Source of the DNA: the human T2T-CHM13v2.0 reference genome, Homo sapiens
Length of the DNA stretch: 64,000 bases
Assembly (NCBI RefSeq): GCF_009914755.1
Contig: NC_060940.1
Reading direction: 5' to 3' (one strand)
Under the pieces are notes generated by a model. That model had not been told where the DNA came from and did not search any database. It worked only from the letters and a program-made list of their open reading frames with translations. Shown here one piece after another: positions 41,844-56,306 of the stretch. Within the stretch, counting starts at the first letter, position 1. Every line of letters begins with the position of its first letter. A program made the translations under genes and the position numbers.

Positions 41844-41984
41844 CTTTATATCCTACTTTTCACACCCTAAGTATTGGAGAAAATTCAGCAAGTGGTAAAT
41901 GACATGGGTAAATTTTTTTAAAAAATTAAAAAAGGACAAATTGGGACTCTAAGGATGGATTTCTCTGATTCTGAGTGTTCAGAA

Positions 41985-42150
41985 TTGTGTGACCTTGGGC
42001 AAGCCATCCAACTTCTCTGGCCCTTTCTTATCCTCTATGCAAAACAGGGTTAATAAGAGCTAGTCTATCTACCTCCTAAAGCTTTTCATTAGGATTAAAT
42101 AAGATGGTGTCATTGAAAAAAGTCAAAAATGTAATTGCTATATCAATGTT
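41985..42150 (+). mobile_element. MIR
   Basis: TGTGTGACCTTGGGCAAGCCA..CCTCTATGCAAAACAGGG..AGGATTAAATAAGAT. Confidence 0.75.
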
Positions 42151-42904
42151 AGATTCTATGACCAGCCTATCTACTTTTCAGGATGAGTAACTCGAATTCG
42201 GTCTGGGGTTACAGGTTAATGTCAGACCAAGTCACACCAGCATAAATTGTCATTCCAGTGAGGGAAGGACTAGAAGAGCAATAATTGAAGTATTGCAACT
42301 TGGACTCATGTGTGAAAATCTCTAAATTATTACCTCCCTAAGGTTATAGGGACTGTAACAAAGTTGTGACAATAAATATGAGTTAAATTCATTAATAAAT
42401 GATATAATAAATCTCTCAGCCAACTGGCCTGGTTTAAATATCAGGTTTATCTAATTTGGTTGCGTGGCAATCTAACTCTATGTCTGAAATATTTACATTT
42501 TCCCTGTCAGATACATAATGTCTTGGTGGTCTGTAACACCTCCAGTGGGGCTGGGATTTGAAGTGGCCCCAGCCTGATCACTGGAAACATGGAAGGATTT
42601 CTCCCTTCCCAGAGAACAAGCCAGCAAAGTGTGTTCCATAGGACAGTAATAGGTGTGAGCCAAGCTTTTAAAAAATGGTACCTTGGCCAAGGAATTCTTG
42701 GAAAAATAGAACTAATTTTCTTAAATTCTGAAATTCTTAGAGCCTTTAATGTTTTAAAGTGCATTGGGAATCACTAAGTAGAAGAATCTAGTCTACAGAA
42801 TTTACCAAATTCATTTGGCCAGGGAAACTCTTTTTCTTGGAGTGTCTTATAAAACTATTATCCTGAGAAATCCCCACTGGGAAGTGTTGTTATAGAGAAA
42901 GATG

Positions 42905-43425
42905 AATGCACCAAAATTTTTCAGAATAACTAAAAACTTATTATTAACACAAACTAGTGGTGCAGAAAGACAGAAACCTGGGAGATTTACTTGTCAGCAG
43001 TAGATCTCTGGTTTCAAGCACAAATGAATTCTGGAGCTCAAATATGGTCATCGGGATTCGGTTCCTCTCCAGGCCTTAGTATCCCTATCCACTGTGTGGG
43101 CTTCCTTCCCAGGCTTCACAGGGTAGCCCTGGAGTGCCTCCTCTCACTTGCTCAAGCAAAAACCCTAAGATTTCTCCAATTGAGCCTAACTGGCTTGGCT
43201 TAAGTGTGTACACCCTGACCCAATCACTGTGGCCAGAAGACGAAAATTCTCTGAGTGGCCAGAGCAAGTCACACGTTCCACCACTGTAACTCAGTATAGA
43301 ATTAATACTTCCCAAAGCACAAGGGCTAACAGGAGAGGAACAGAGGAGTCTCCAGGGAAAATATGGGGGACTCTTACTAGAAGATAGGAAAATGGATGTA
43401 GAGAGACTGAAATGACAAATCTGCA
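42905..43425 (-). mobile_element. Old MLT1-type LTR
   Basis: GGTTTCAAGCACAAATGAATTCTGGAGCTCAAAT..CACCCTGACCCAATCACTGTGGCCAG..GTGGCCAGAGCAAGTCACACG. Confidence 0.6.
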
Positions 43426-43604
43426 TTACGAGAATTAATTTTCTGTATTTCTAAAATGCAAGTCGTTTTCTGGCTGGTTTGGGGAATGCCCCCTTCACAT
43501 TAAGAGTTGATTAAAATTCCTAAGCTAGAATAACAGCTGAGAAGGATGTGAGATCTCCAGAACTCTTCAGGATCTAACCCAACTAGTAAACCTTGTTCCT
43601 TGCT

Positions 43605-43907
43605 ATTTATTTCCCTTTCTGGGTCTCACTCTGTCACTCAGGCTGGAGTGTAGTGACGTGATCAAGGTTCATTGCAGCCTCGACTTCCTGGGCTCAAACA
43701 ATCCTCTCACCTCACCTTCCTGAGTAGCTGGGACCACAGGTGCATGCCACCAGGCCCAGATAATTTTTTAATTTTTTTTTTTTTTTTGTAGAGATGGGGT
43801 CTTGCCATGTTTCCCAGGCTGCTCTCAAACTCCTGAGTTCAAATGATCCTCCTGCCTCAGCCTCCCAAAGAGCTGAGATTACAGGCATGAGCCACCATGC
43901 CCTGCCC
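43605..43907 (-). mobile_element. AluJ
   Basis: GGGTCTCACTCTGTC..TTGCAGCCTCGACTTCCTGGGCTCAA..GTAGAGATGGGGTCTTGCCATG. Confidence 0.93.
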
Positions 43908-44461
43908 CTTTCTGTGATTGCTGTGGCTGTAGTCATCAAATTAGTTGGCAGAGTGCCATCTATTCCATGTTTTTCTTCTATATGTTAATTCCTATTTCCC
44001 AAGACTAATAATAATTACTAATAAGGAATAAGAAGAGCCAAATATATGCTCATTTCCTTCTTGACAAATCTCAAGTGTAAGTCTCTTAGTCCTATGATCT
44101 GCATAAGGAATAGTATGATTTCACCGCAGCTACTTCCCTATTGTTCGTTATTGTACATTGTATCACAGTATTAAGGAAACTGTTAAAAATAACAGGTTCT
44201 CATGTTCTTAACCTGTGAAAGAGCTAAATATTCATCTGCCATAATGGGAAACGTCTAAGTCTGTGCCATGCAACATAGTGGCTACCAGCCATCTGTAACT
44301 AGGAAGCACTTGAACTGTGGCTAGTTAGGACTGAGACTTTCTCTAAGTTTAAAATGCACAATAAATTTCAAAGAGTACAAAGAATGTAAAATCTCTCATT
44401 GATTTTTATATTGGTTGCATATTGAAATGATAATATTTTAGATACTTTGGATTAAACAACA

Positions 44462-45461
44462 TAGAGTCATGCGTTGTTTAACAATGGTAACATGTTCTGA
44501 GAAATGCATTTCATCATTGTACAAACAGCATACAGTGCACTTACACAAACCTGGATGGTATAGCCTACTATACACCTCGGCTACAAACCTGTATAGCATG
44601 TTACTGTACTGAATACTGTAGGCAATTGTAGCACAATGGTAAGTATTTGTGTGTCTACCACATATCTAAACATAGAAAAGGTACAGTAAAAATACGGTAT
44701 AAAAGATTTTTAAAATAGTGCACATGTATAGGGTGCTTACCATGAATGAAGCTTGCAGGATTGGAAGCAGTTCTGTGCAAGTCAGTAGTAGTGAGTGAAT
44801 GTGAAGACCTAGGACGTTACTGTACACTACTGTAAGCTTTATAAACTCTATACACATTAAAATTATTTTCAAAGTATTTTTCCTTCCTCAATAATAAATT
44901 AACCTTAGCTTACTGTAATTTTTTTACTTTATAAACTTTTTAATTTTTTGACTTTTGTAATAACACCTAGCTTAAAACAAAAATACATTTTACATCTGTA
45001 AAAGAAACTTTATATTTTTATTCTATAAGCTTTTATATTTTAACGTTTTTTATTTCTATTTTTACTTTCGAAGCTTTTTGTTAAAAACTAAGACACAAAC
45101 ATATGTTAGCCTCAGTCTACACAACGTCAGGGTCATCAATTTCACCATCTTTCACTTCCACGTCTTCTCCCACTAGAAGGTCTTCTGGGACAACAACACG
45201 CATGGAGCTGTCATCTCTGACAGCAATGCCTTCTGGAACACCTCCTGAAGGACCTGCTTGAGGCTCTTCTGGAGAAGTAGGTTTATTTACACAAGCCTCA
45301 CCACAAACACATGGGTAATGCAAGCACCACAACATTACCATAGCTACAGGGTTAAAACTCTTATGAGTCACTGGGTGATAGGAATTTTTCAGCTCTACTA
45401 TCATCTTATGAGACCACCATCATATATGCAATCCATCATAGATTGAAACATCATATGATTG
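44462..45461 (+). mobile_element. Tigger3 (MER7B/Tigger3b-like)
   Basis: AGTCATGCGTTGTTTAACAATGG..TTCTGAGAAATGCAT..CACTTACACAAACCTGGATGGTATAGCCTACTA..GAGACCACCATCATATATGC. Confidence 0.88.
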
Positions 45462-45582
45462 TATATTATTAAAATTAATCTTTCCTGTTTCTATGTTTTA
45501 ACAATGTGGCTAATAGAAACATTTTAATCACATAGGTAGTTTTCATTACGTTTCCTTTTTTTCATCTACATCGTCTTTTTAA

Positions 45583-45901
45583 ATTTTATTTTATGTTCTT
45601 TTATTTTATTTTGAGACAGGTACTCACTCTGTCACTCAGACTGGAGTACAGTGGCATGATCATGGCTCAGCTCACTGCAGCCTCAACCTCCTGGGCTAAA
45701 ATGATCCTCCTACCTCAGCCTCCTGAGTAGCTGGGACTACAGGCATGTGATGTCACATCATGTTGTTTTTTGTATTTTTTTCTAGAGATGGGATTTCATC
45801 ATGTTGCCCAGGCTGATCTCAAATTCCTGGACTCAAGCAATCCATCTGCCTCGACCTCCCAAAGTTCTGGGATTACAGGCATAAGCTACCATGCCCAGTC
45901 C
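45583..45901 (-). mobile_element. AluJ
   Basis: GAGACAGG..GGCATGATCATGGCTCA..CTGCAGCCTCAACCTCCTGGGCT..GATTACAGGCATAAGCTACCATGCCCAG. Confidence 0.93.
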
Positions 45902-45904
45902 ATC

Positions 45905-46436
45905 TTTTTATTTTTTAGAGCAGTTTTAGGTTCACAGTGAAGCTGTTCTGATGGTACAAACACTTACCATATACTCCCTGCCCATACAAATTCACAGCCT
46001 CACTCATTATGAACAACACCCACCAGAGTGGCACATTTGTTACAATCAAATCTACATTGACACGCCATTATTACCCAAAATCCATAGCTTACATTAGGGC
46101 TCACTCTTGCTGTTGTATATTCTATAGATTATGAAAAATGTATGCTAACATGTATCTATAATATCATTATCACATCACATAGATTCATTTCACTGCCCTA
46201 AAAACTTTCTGTGCTCCATGCATTCATCCTTTCTTCTCCTCTAACCCTTGGCAGCCACTGATCTTTTTATTGCCTCCATAGTTTTGCCTTTTCCAGAATG
46301 TTAGAGTTGGAATCATACAGTACATAGCCTTCTAGATTGGCTTCTTTCACTTAGTAATATGCATTTAAGTTTCCTCCATGTCTTCTTGTGGCTTGATAGC
46401 TCATTTCTTTTCAGTGTTGAGTAATATTCCACTGTC
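45905..46436 (-). mobile_element. L1MB-like 3' end
   Basis: TTTTAGAGCAGTTTTAGGTTCACAG..CACCAGAGTGGCACATTTGTTACAAT..TTTTGCCTTTTCCAGAATG..GATTGGCTTCTTTCACTTAG. Confidence 0.88.
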
Positions 46437-47224
46437 TTAGTTTTTATTATAGTTCTATCAGATGGCACTGCTCTAGGTAATTCCTAACAGTGGCAAAGAA
46501 ACGGTAGTAGGAGCACTTTTCAGATATGGAAGTAAATACCAGAAGAGATAGCTAGAAGAGCTAAATGTGATTGCCTCTAGGAAGCCTGGATGACAATTTT
46601 CGGGTTAAGCCATTTATCTATGATCTAAATTATCTTTGATTATATTCATTCATCACTTTGATTTTTAAAATTTAGGCAGCTCAAAATAATAATTAAGCAT
46701 TTCAGGGGACTTTATTGAGACATTTTTTAGTGAAGGTGGGCACTTGTTTATAACTGCTTCAATTTTGTTCCAAGCTCAATGCCTGTGCTCCTTAACCAGG
46801 AGAATTGTTCAGAATCACCTTGGAAGCTTTAATAGAAATATGTAAGTCTGGGAATCAGACTAGAGTTTCCAAGCATGCTATTTTTTTCCCAAAGATTCAA
46901 GGTAATTCTGTTATTCATACTTAGTTCAGAACCTCTGGTCTACAACACAGAACTCTGGGATCTTATGGTAAGTGTGCTGACAGAGACAAAACTATTTACT
47001 GAGGAAAATCTTGGCAGAGTCTATAGATATTCTATAGGTAACAGGTGCACCTTCCTTTGGTTCATCTTAAAATCAAGTGTGTTCTTTTCAGACTCCTCAG
47101 TTTTACCGTCAGGAATATATTCAACGCATTATGGCTTAGTACTTTTTGCTCCCACAGAATAGCTACAAGGCAGGTATTTGTCAAGGTGTTACCTGAAATG
47201 CACCACCACTCAGCACATGTCTAA

Positions 47225-47467
<243 letters not shown>

Positions 47468-47515
47468 TAATGGAAGATTTCAAGAGAGATACACAATCCA
47501 GCCATTTCTCTAGAT

Positions 47516-48045
47516 CAGTGCTTCTCACAATATGGTGCACAGACTATCTGCATTGAAAGCAACTGGGGTTCCCATATAAGATACAGATTCTCTTCTTTCA
47601 GGCCCAAAGCATGGTTGCATTTTGCCACCCCCTTTGCAGTTAGGCATGACCACATGACTTGCTTTGAGCAATAAAATGAACTTGGGAAGTAACATACGTA
47701 TCTTCCAGGTGGAAGCTTTAGGAACCAATATGCAATTTGCCCCAGGCTTTGTTCTGCTTTGGCAATCATGGAAGCATAGAGATGGAGCCTGGGTCCCTGA
47801 AAGCAGAAGCCACAGAGCAGAGACACCACCACCCATCACCCACCCCCGACTTTCCCCGCTGACCTGCAGGGGTTATGGAACATGAGCAAGAAAAACACCT
47901 TTGTTACTTTAGTCTGCTTAGTTTGGTAAGTTGCTTGTTTCTGTAGTATAATCTGGTTTATTCCTACACATGGGGAGAGGAGGAAGACCTGACAACTTTT
48001 ATTTGCTGGGTGAATCTTATGCACAGTGAAGTTGGAGAACCACTA
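47516..48045. mobile_element. MER5B-like element hosting an MLT1 (I/J-like) LTR at ~47570-47970 (+)
   Basis: CAGTGCTTCTCA..TGGTGCACAGAC and GTTGGAGAACCACT ends; inside TTGCAGTTAGGCATGACCACATGACTTGCTTTG..AGATGGAGCCTGGGTCCCTGA. Confidence 0.65.
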
Positions 48046-49892
48046 CTTTCGTGTGCTAAGCTCTTTTCTTGGCTTAAGCAAGGACAAGAGAAAACTGCCT
48101 GTCTAGGCTGCATATTTGGCCCCTATAGAAATGCTTCTGCTGCTTAGTACTGGCCCATCGGTCTTCAGGAAAGTACAAGTATAAGGAGAAGCCCAATTAA
48201 TTGATTGTGTTTCTTAAAGATCTATTGAAGACTCTTGTCCCTGAATTATAGTGTCCTCTTAGTGAGGGCTCAGAGGAAAAAACTCACTCTGGTGTCAATA
48301 CAAAGGACAGTTTGGCTTCTGCTGAGTCATTAATACGTTTCTAATCTAATGGTTGCCAGGAATTGTGGCATTAATCCTAGAAGGAGCCTCCAAGCCAAAT
48401 GCATGGCTCCACTCTAGCAAAGTGCCAGATTTCATAGCACATTCATTTTGTGGGTCACTGTTGCCTTTATTTTATTTTTCCGAACTATTTCCCCCTTTCC
48501 ACCAATTTTTCTGACTCACCCATTCTTATTTTATTTTGAATTATGTATTTTTGCAAGCTGCCTTAATTCTTTTCAGGAAAAAGGCAGGACATGAGTAAAA
48601 ATATATATGCAAGCATGCATACATAAATAACAAGCCCTTATTTCCAGAGGTACAATAATGAACCTCAACTTGCTTTTTAAAGATGCCAGGAAGGGAGGAA
48701 AGAAAAGAGAGGGAAGAAAGTGGGGAGGGGATGGGGGAAGGTTGTGAAGCCACAGTATTCGTGTTCTGGCTCCTAGTTAATAGGCAGCAGAGGAAAGCAA
48801 CTTTATCTTCAAGATAAATGTTATAAATTGCACATAATGAAATAAGGTCTTATTTTCCCACCTTTTGGTTTCTTATTTTTAAGACATACAGTCCTGTGTC
48901 AACCAAAATATCTAGACTTATAGCACACAATTCTATTCAGCTTGTAGAACAAATTCACTGGCACAGTCGATTTTTATTTTAATTATTTGTATAGCGTGGA
49001 AAGGAATGGCCTGATTTATTACCGAGTTGGACTCCAATGGCAATATTATTATAGTTGCAACAGATGAATAAACCAATATATTTCTTACAGCCATAAAACA
49101 ACCAGCTACGTGTCAGAGAAAATTGTTCTCCAAAACAACTGAAAAAAAAATCAAGAGAAATAGTGGCCTCTTTAGCCTCCCTAAGTATTCCAAAGAAAAC
49201 AGGACTCCCACAAACCAGGAAAAATTCATTTCAACAAATTTATTTTCCATCTACCAGCTGAAATTAAACATTCACCAAAACAATTTATAATATTGTCTCC
49301 AGCATTGATTTGTTTATTCCATTTGAATGTGCTTTAAAAAAAAAATCAGTAGCCACAGAAGATCACTGTTCTTCAATAGCCCAAAGTTTGACATGCTGAT
49401 GTAGCCTTCGGCAGCAAGCTACGGGATTAAGTTGATCAGAACTATGTACCATGAGGACATTTTAATGCCTGATCAGAACAGAACTGTTCTTTGCAATTTG
49501 CTTTGAAGGGGGAATGGTGAGAGAGGGGGCAGAAATGGGAGGAGGGGTTTTACATCCATCTTTGCTTATCTACAGCATGCACACCAACCCTGCATGGGCT
49601 CCTCACAATGAGAAGCAGAACACAGAGGGTACGTAAAAGTCAAGGGCAGCACTGAACACCTCTCCTGAAGCCTTCATTGGATTAGTGGAACTCAGTCTGT
49701 GCTGATTGCCAGGACTCAGGGTAACCAGAGCTTCCTGGCACTCTGTTATCCACCGAGATGCCAGTGTTGATTTTTCTGGTGTGTTTTCTATTTGTCTCTA
49801 TTTCAAGCAATGCCTCTAGGTGGGCCACACACCTCAAAACATGCAGAACTACCCTGTGAATGTGAGATGTGAATTTTCAAGAAATGTGTGGC

Positions 49893-50095
49893 CGTTAGGA
49901 CCTCAGGCTCTAGAATCAAAAACTCTGAATGAAATCCTGGTTCCGTACATTTCTTGCCATATGTTTTTGGCAAGTTCCCTGACCTCCCCAAGCCATACTT
50001 TTCTCATCTGCTGAGTGGCAATATTGATGCCTACCATAGGAATGGTTGTTGAGAGGACCTCATGCAATACATTTAGCATGGTGCCTACCTCACAG
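49893..50095 (+). mobile_element. MIR
   Basis: GGCTCTAGAATCAA..GAAATCCTGGTTCC..TTGGCAAGTTCCCTGACCTC..TTTCTCATCTG..TTTAGCATGGTGCCT. Confidence 0.75.
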
Positions 50096-50454
50096 TAACA
50101 ACAACAGCAGTTCCAGTTGGTTGTTTCCAGCAAACTCAACCATTTCTAAATTATACACACAACCTTTTGTGCCAATAGCCAGTTCCAAATTCTCTCATCA
50201 GGTCTGTACTTTGCTGTATGGGAGTTCTCTACGAGTACTTACAGTTTCTTGGAATGTCCTATTGGAAAGTCTGTCTGTCAACGTAAGTACTACAGCATCT
50301 TAATACAGAGAAGATAAAGCACTTGCTAGGAAACATGGAATGTAAATGCTACGGGCCTAAACATACTAGTATGCCCACCAGATCCCCAGGGCTGTCAAAC
50401 GTCAAGTGTTTTGCTTGTGGGCAGCAAAATGTGAAAACAATAACAACCACCACA

Positions 50455-50680
50455 ACCACAATTGCTAACATTTACAGGACACTTACTGTATCCCAGGCAC
50501 TATACTAAGCCCTTTCTATGCTCACTTGATCATCACGACAGCCCCATAAGGTGATTATAGCTGCACCTCCATTGTACAGAAGAAGAAACTGGCTCAAAGA
50601 GGTCAAGCAACTTGCCCAAACTAGGAAGCGACTAAGTGAGAATTCAAACCTAAGTTAGGGTAATTCCACAGCCATGCTTC
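50455..50680 (-). mobile_element. MIR
   Basis: GCTAACATTTAC..CCAGGCACTATACTAAG..CCATTGTACAGAAGAAGAAACTGGCTCAAAGAGGTCAAGCAACTTGCCCAA. Confidence 0.8.
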
Positions 50681-51874
50681 CAACCAGCCCTTAGTGAGAA
50701 TCTGATTTGCTGGTCACTGACATGCTGGTTCTTCCCCTTTCAGGTCCTTGCTCCTGCTATTGGTGAGGAACTAATACGGCCCCTCTTGCTTCTGCTGTTG
50801 GTGCGATTCATTCAAGGAGCTCATTTCCAAAGGCACTGTCATTATTTAAAGGAATGACTCCAATCATGGGAAGCTCTGGCTTTGGAAGAATGGATTCTCC
50901 ATCAACAAGAATTCAATGCACACTGTTCAGGCACTGTAGAAATATATCAAATTATTAAAAAGATTGTCTCTGCTCTTAAGCAATTCCCCTTTGAAACCAA
51001 ATGCACAGATGAAAGAGTCCCCCATTCACAAACGCCCCTGGACTTAAAGGGAAACATAGCACAAAGATCAGAGTAAAGAGGACCTTTTTTCTGAATGCCA
51101 ATCTTCCCTCAGCATAATTAATTAATTAATTAATTTATAGCTAGAAAGCCTCCAACTCATCCAGCCTGAATACCTCGTCTCCAGCTCAAACTAGACAACG
51201 ACCAAGGGATGATCAAAAGAGCAAAAAATATATGATTTAAACCTCTCTCAACTGTGAAAGAAAAACATTCATACTTATTTATTCCTTATTCCAAAAAAAT
51301 TTCATTTCCAGCTCTAAAAGAATTCATAGTTTCTTTAGGCCATTGTTCTGATTTGGTGCAATTCATCACAGGGTGATAACATGCTGATGATGTGTTACAC
51401 TAATACATCCTTACATTGGTAATGCTCTAATGATCTGGCAGGCTCCTAAATCACCAGAGAGCTGTCACTCCCATGATGTGTTACTCAGAGATATGGCTCT
51501 GATCAGGGGAAGACATCCAGGAACTCAACAATGAGAGAATTATATTTTTTGACTTCAGAATTTCTGGACTATAAATAACATCCTCTTTCATAGAAAACAG
51601 AAAACTCAACCTAAAATCAAGAGAGGCAGCAAAATTTCTTGCATTTTGGAATATACCAGAGATACAAAAATAAGCACATATATTAGTGGAAGCCTTAGCT
51701 GTGCGGTGGAGGAACTTACTGATAAGAAAATGATTTCTGAAGTATCAGTGGGGTGCTGAATCTGTTTCCGAAAGGTAATCAGTTGGGTGCTTATGGACCC
51801 ATTTATCACTGATGTGGATTTCATCAATGCCTTAAAATAAACAGTGCTAAGACGTGAGTCAAGAGAAAAATAAC

Positions 51875-52215
51875 AGAGTGGGAAGACAGGTACCCTCTTC
51901 ACACTGTTGGCAGGAGAGTAAATTGATACAACCTTTCAGAGGGCAATTTAGTAATATTTATCAAAATTTGAAACATGTATACTCTGGGCCCAGCAGTTCC
52001 ATTTCAAAAAATCTATCCAGCAGACATATTCACACAGGTACAGAAGGACATGGTACAGAAGGCCATCTATGTGTAAGAACACTTACTGTAGCAATTGCTG
52101 CAACTGACCAAAAAAAAACAAAAAACAGAAACCACCTAAATATCCATCAATAGTGGAGCGCTTAAATACATCAGGGAGAATCTATTCTGTGAAGTTTATG
52201 TGGCCATTAAAAATT
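51875..52215 (+). mobile_element. Old L1M (ME-like) 3' fragment
   Basis: ACACTGTTGGCAGGAGAGTAAATTGATACAACCTTT..CCCAGCAGTTCCATTTC..AACCACCTAAATATCCATCAATAG. Confidence 0.75.
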
Positions 52216-52259
52216 ATGATGTGGATCAATGGCCTTGAAAGTGTTGCAGAGAATTGTAG

Positions 52260-52756
<497 letters not shown>

Positions 52757-52779
52757 CTATCTCAACCAGAGAAGTTTCA

Positions 52780-52788
52780 TGTGTGTGT

Positions 52789-52820
<32 letters not shown>
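52780..52820 (+). repeat. (TG)n microsatellite
   Basis: Directly visible, one interruption. Confidence 0.95.
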
Positions 52821-53564
52821 TTAATTATGGCTCTAATAATGTTTTATCTTTTATTGCTATGTAATATTTTACATAGTTACGGGTACATGTGAGTGTTTGT
52901 TTATGCATACAATGTGTAGTGAACAAATTAGGGTATTTGGGGTGTCCACCACCTTGAGTACTTATCATTTCTATGTGTTAGGGACATTTCAAGTCCTTTC
53001 TTCTAGCTACTTTGAAATATAGAATACATTGCTGTTAACTATAGTCACCATACTCTGCTATTTTTCAGCACCATTTATTGAAAAAGGTATCCTTCTTCAA
53101 GGAGAACTACAAAACACAGCTCAAGTAAATAAGAAAGGACACAAACAAATGGAAAAATATTCCATGACCATGGATAGGAAGAATCATTAGAACTTTTATC
53201 TTCTATATGTAACTGCATGTTTGTACCCACTAACCAACCTGTCTTCATCCCCGCCCACCCCCTCAACCCACACACCCTTTCCAGCCTCTGGTATCTATCT
53301 TTCTATTCTCTATCTCCATGAGATTTACATTTTTAACTCCCACATGTAAGTGAAAACACACAATGTCTGTCTTTCTGTGCCTGGCGTATTTCACTTAACA
53401 TAATGACCTCCAGTTCCATCCATGTTGCTGCAAATGATGATTTTCTTTTTTGTAGTATTCTATTGTGTATATATATCACATTTTTTTATCCATTTGTCCA
53501 TTGTGGACACAGGCTGATTTTACATCTTTGTGTTGTGAATAGTGCTGCAATAGATATGTGAGTG

Positions 53565-53848
53565 TTTTCTTTAGAGACAGGGTCTCACTCTGTCGCCCAG
53601 GGTAGAATCATAGCTCACTGTAACCTTGAACTCCTGGGCTCCAGAGTTACCTCCCACCTCAGCTTCTTGAGTAGGTAGGACTACAGGCATTCACTACCAT
53701 AATGAGCTTTATTATTATTATTATTATTTGTAGAAATGAGGTCTAACTCTGTTGCTCAAGCTAGTCATAAACTGCTGGTGTCAGCTTATCCTCCAAACTG
53801 GACCTCCCAAAGTTCTGAGATTACAGGCATGAGCCACCAGGACCAGCC
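53565..53848 (-). mobile_element. AluJ (diverged, no evident TSD)
   Basis: GAGACAGGGTCTCACTCTGTCGCCCAGG..ATCATAGCTCACTG..GATTACAGGCATGAGCCACC. Confidence 0.9.
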
Positions 53849-54219
53849 ATTTGCCCACTTTTTAATGGGATTATTGGTTTCGTGTACTGTTGAGATGTTT
53901 GAGTTCCTTGTATATTCTGAATATTGGTCCTTGTCAGATGAAGAGTTTGAAAATTTTTTCTTCCATTTGAGAGATTATCTCTTCACTCTGTTGATTATTT
54001 CCTTTGCTGTGCAGAAGCTTTTTAGTTTAATATAGTCACATTTGCCTATTTTGGTTTTTTGTTCTCTGTGCTTTTGAGGTCTTAGCCATAAAATCTTCAG
54101 CTAGACCAATGTTCTGAAGTGTTTTCCCTATGTTTCCTTCTGGCAGTTGTGTAGTTTGGGGCCTTACACTTAAGTCTTCAATCCATCTTAAGTTGATTTT
54201 TGTGTATGATGAAAGATAG

Positions 54220-56306
<2,087 letters not shown>

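Larger units (their letters stand above)
44261..46470. mobile_element. MER33/MER3-type hAT element split by three later insertions
   Basis: Pieces ~44261-44460, ~45463-45555 and ~46450-46470; 8-bp TSD GTCTAAGT / CTCTAGGT. Confidence 0.7.

Noticed and set aside
49406-49416. CTTCGGCAGCA matches the 5' end of U6 snRNA
   Set aside because: Only 11 nt and the flanks do not continue the U6 sequence; chance match.
51114-51135. (TAAT)n palindromic run
   Set aside because: Short simple repeat; unremarkable in AT-rich DNA.
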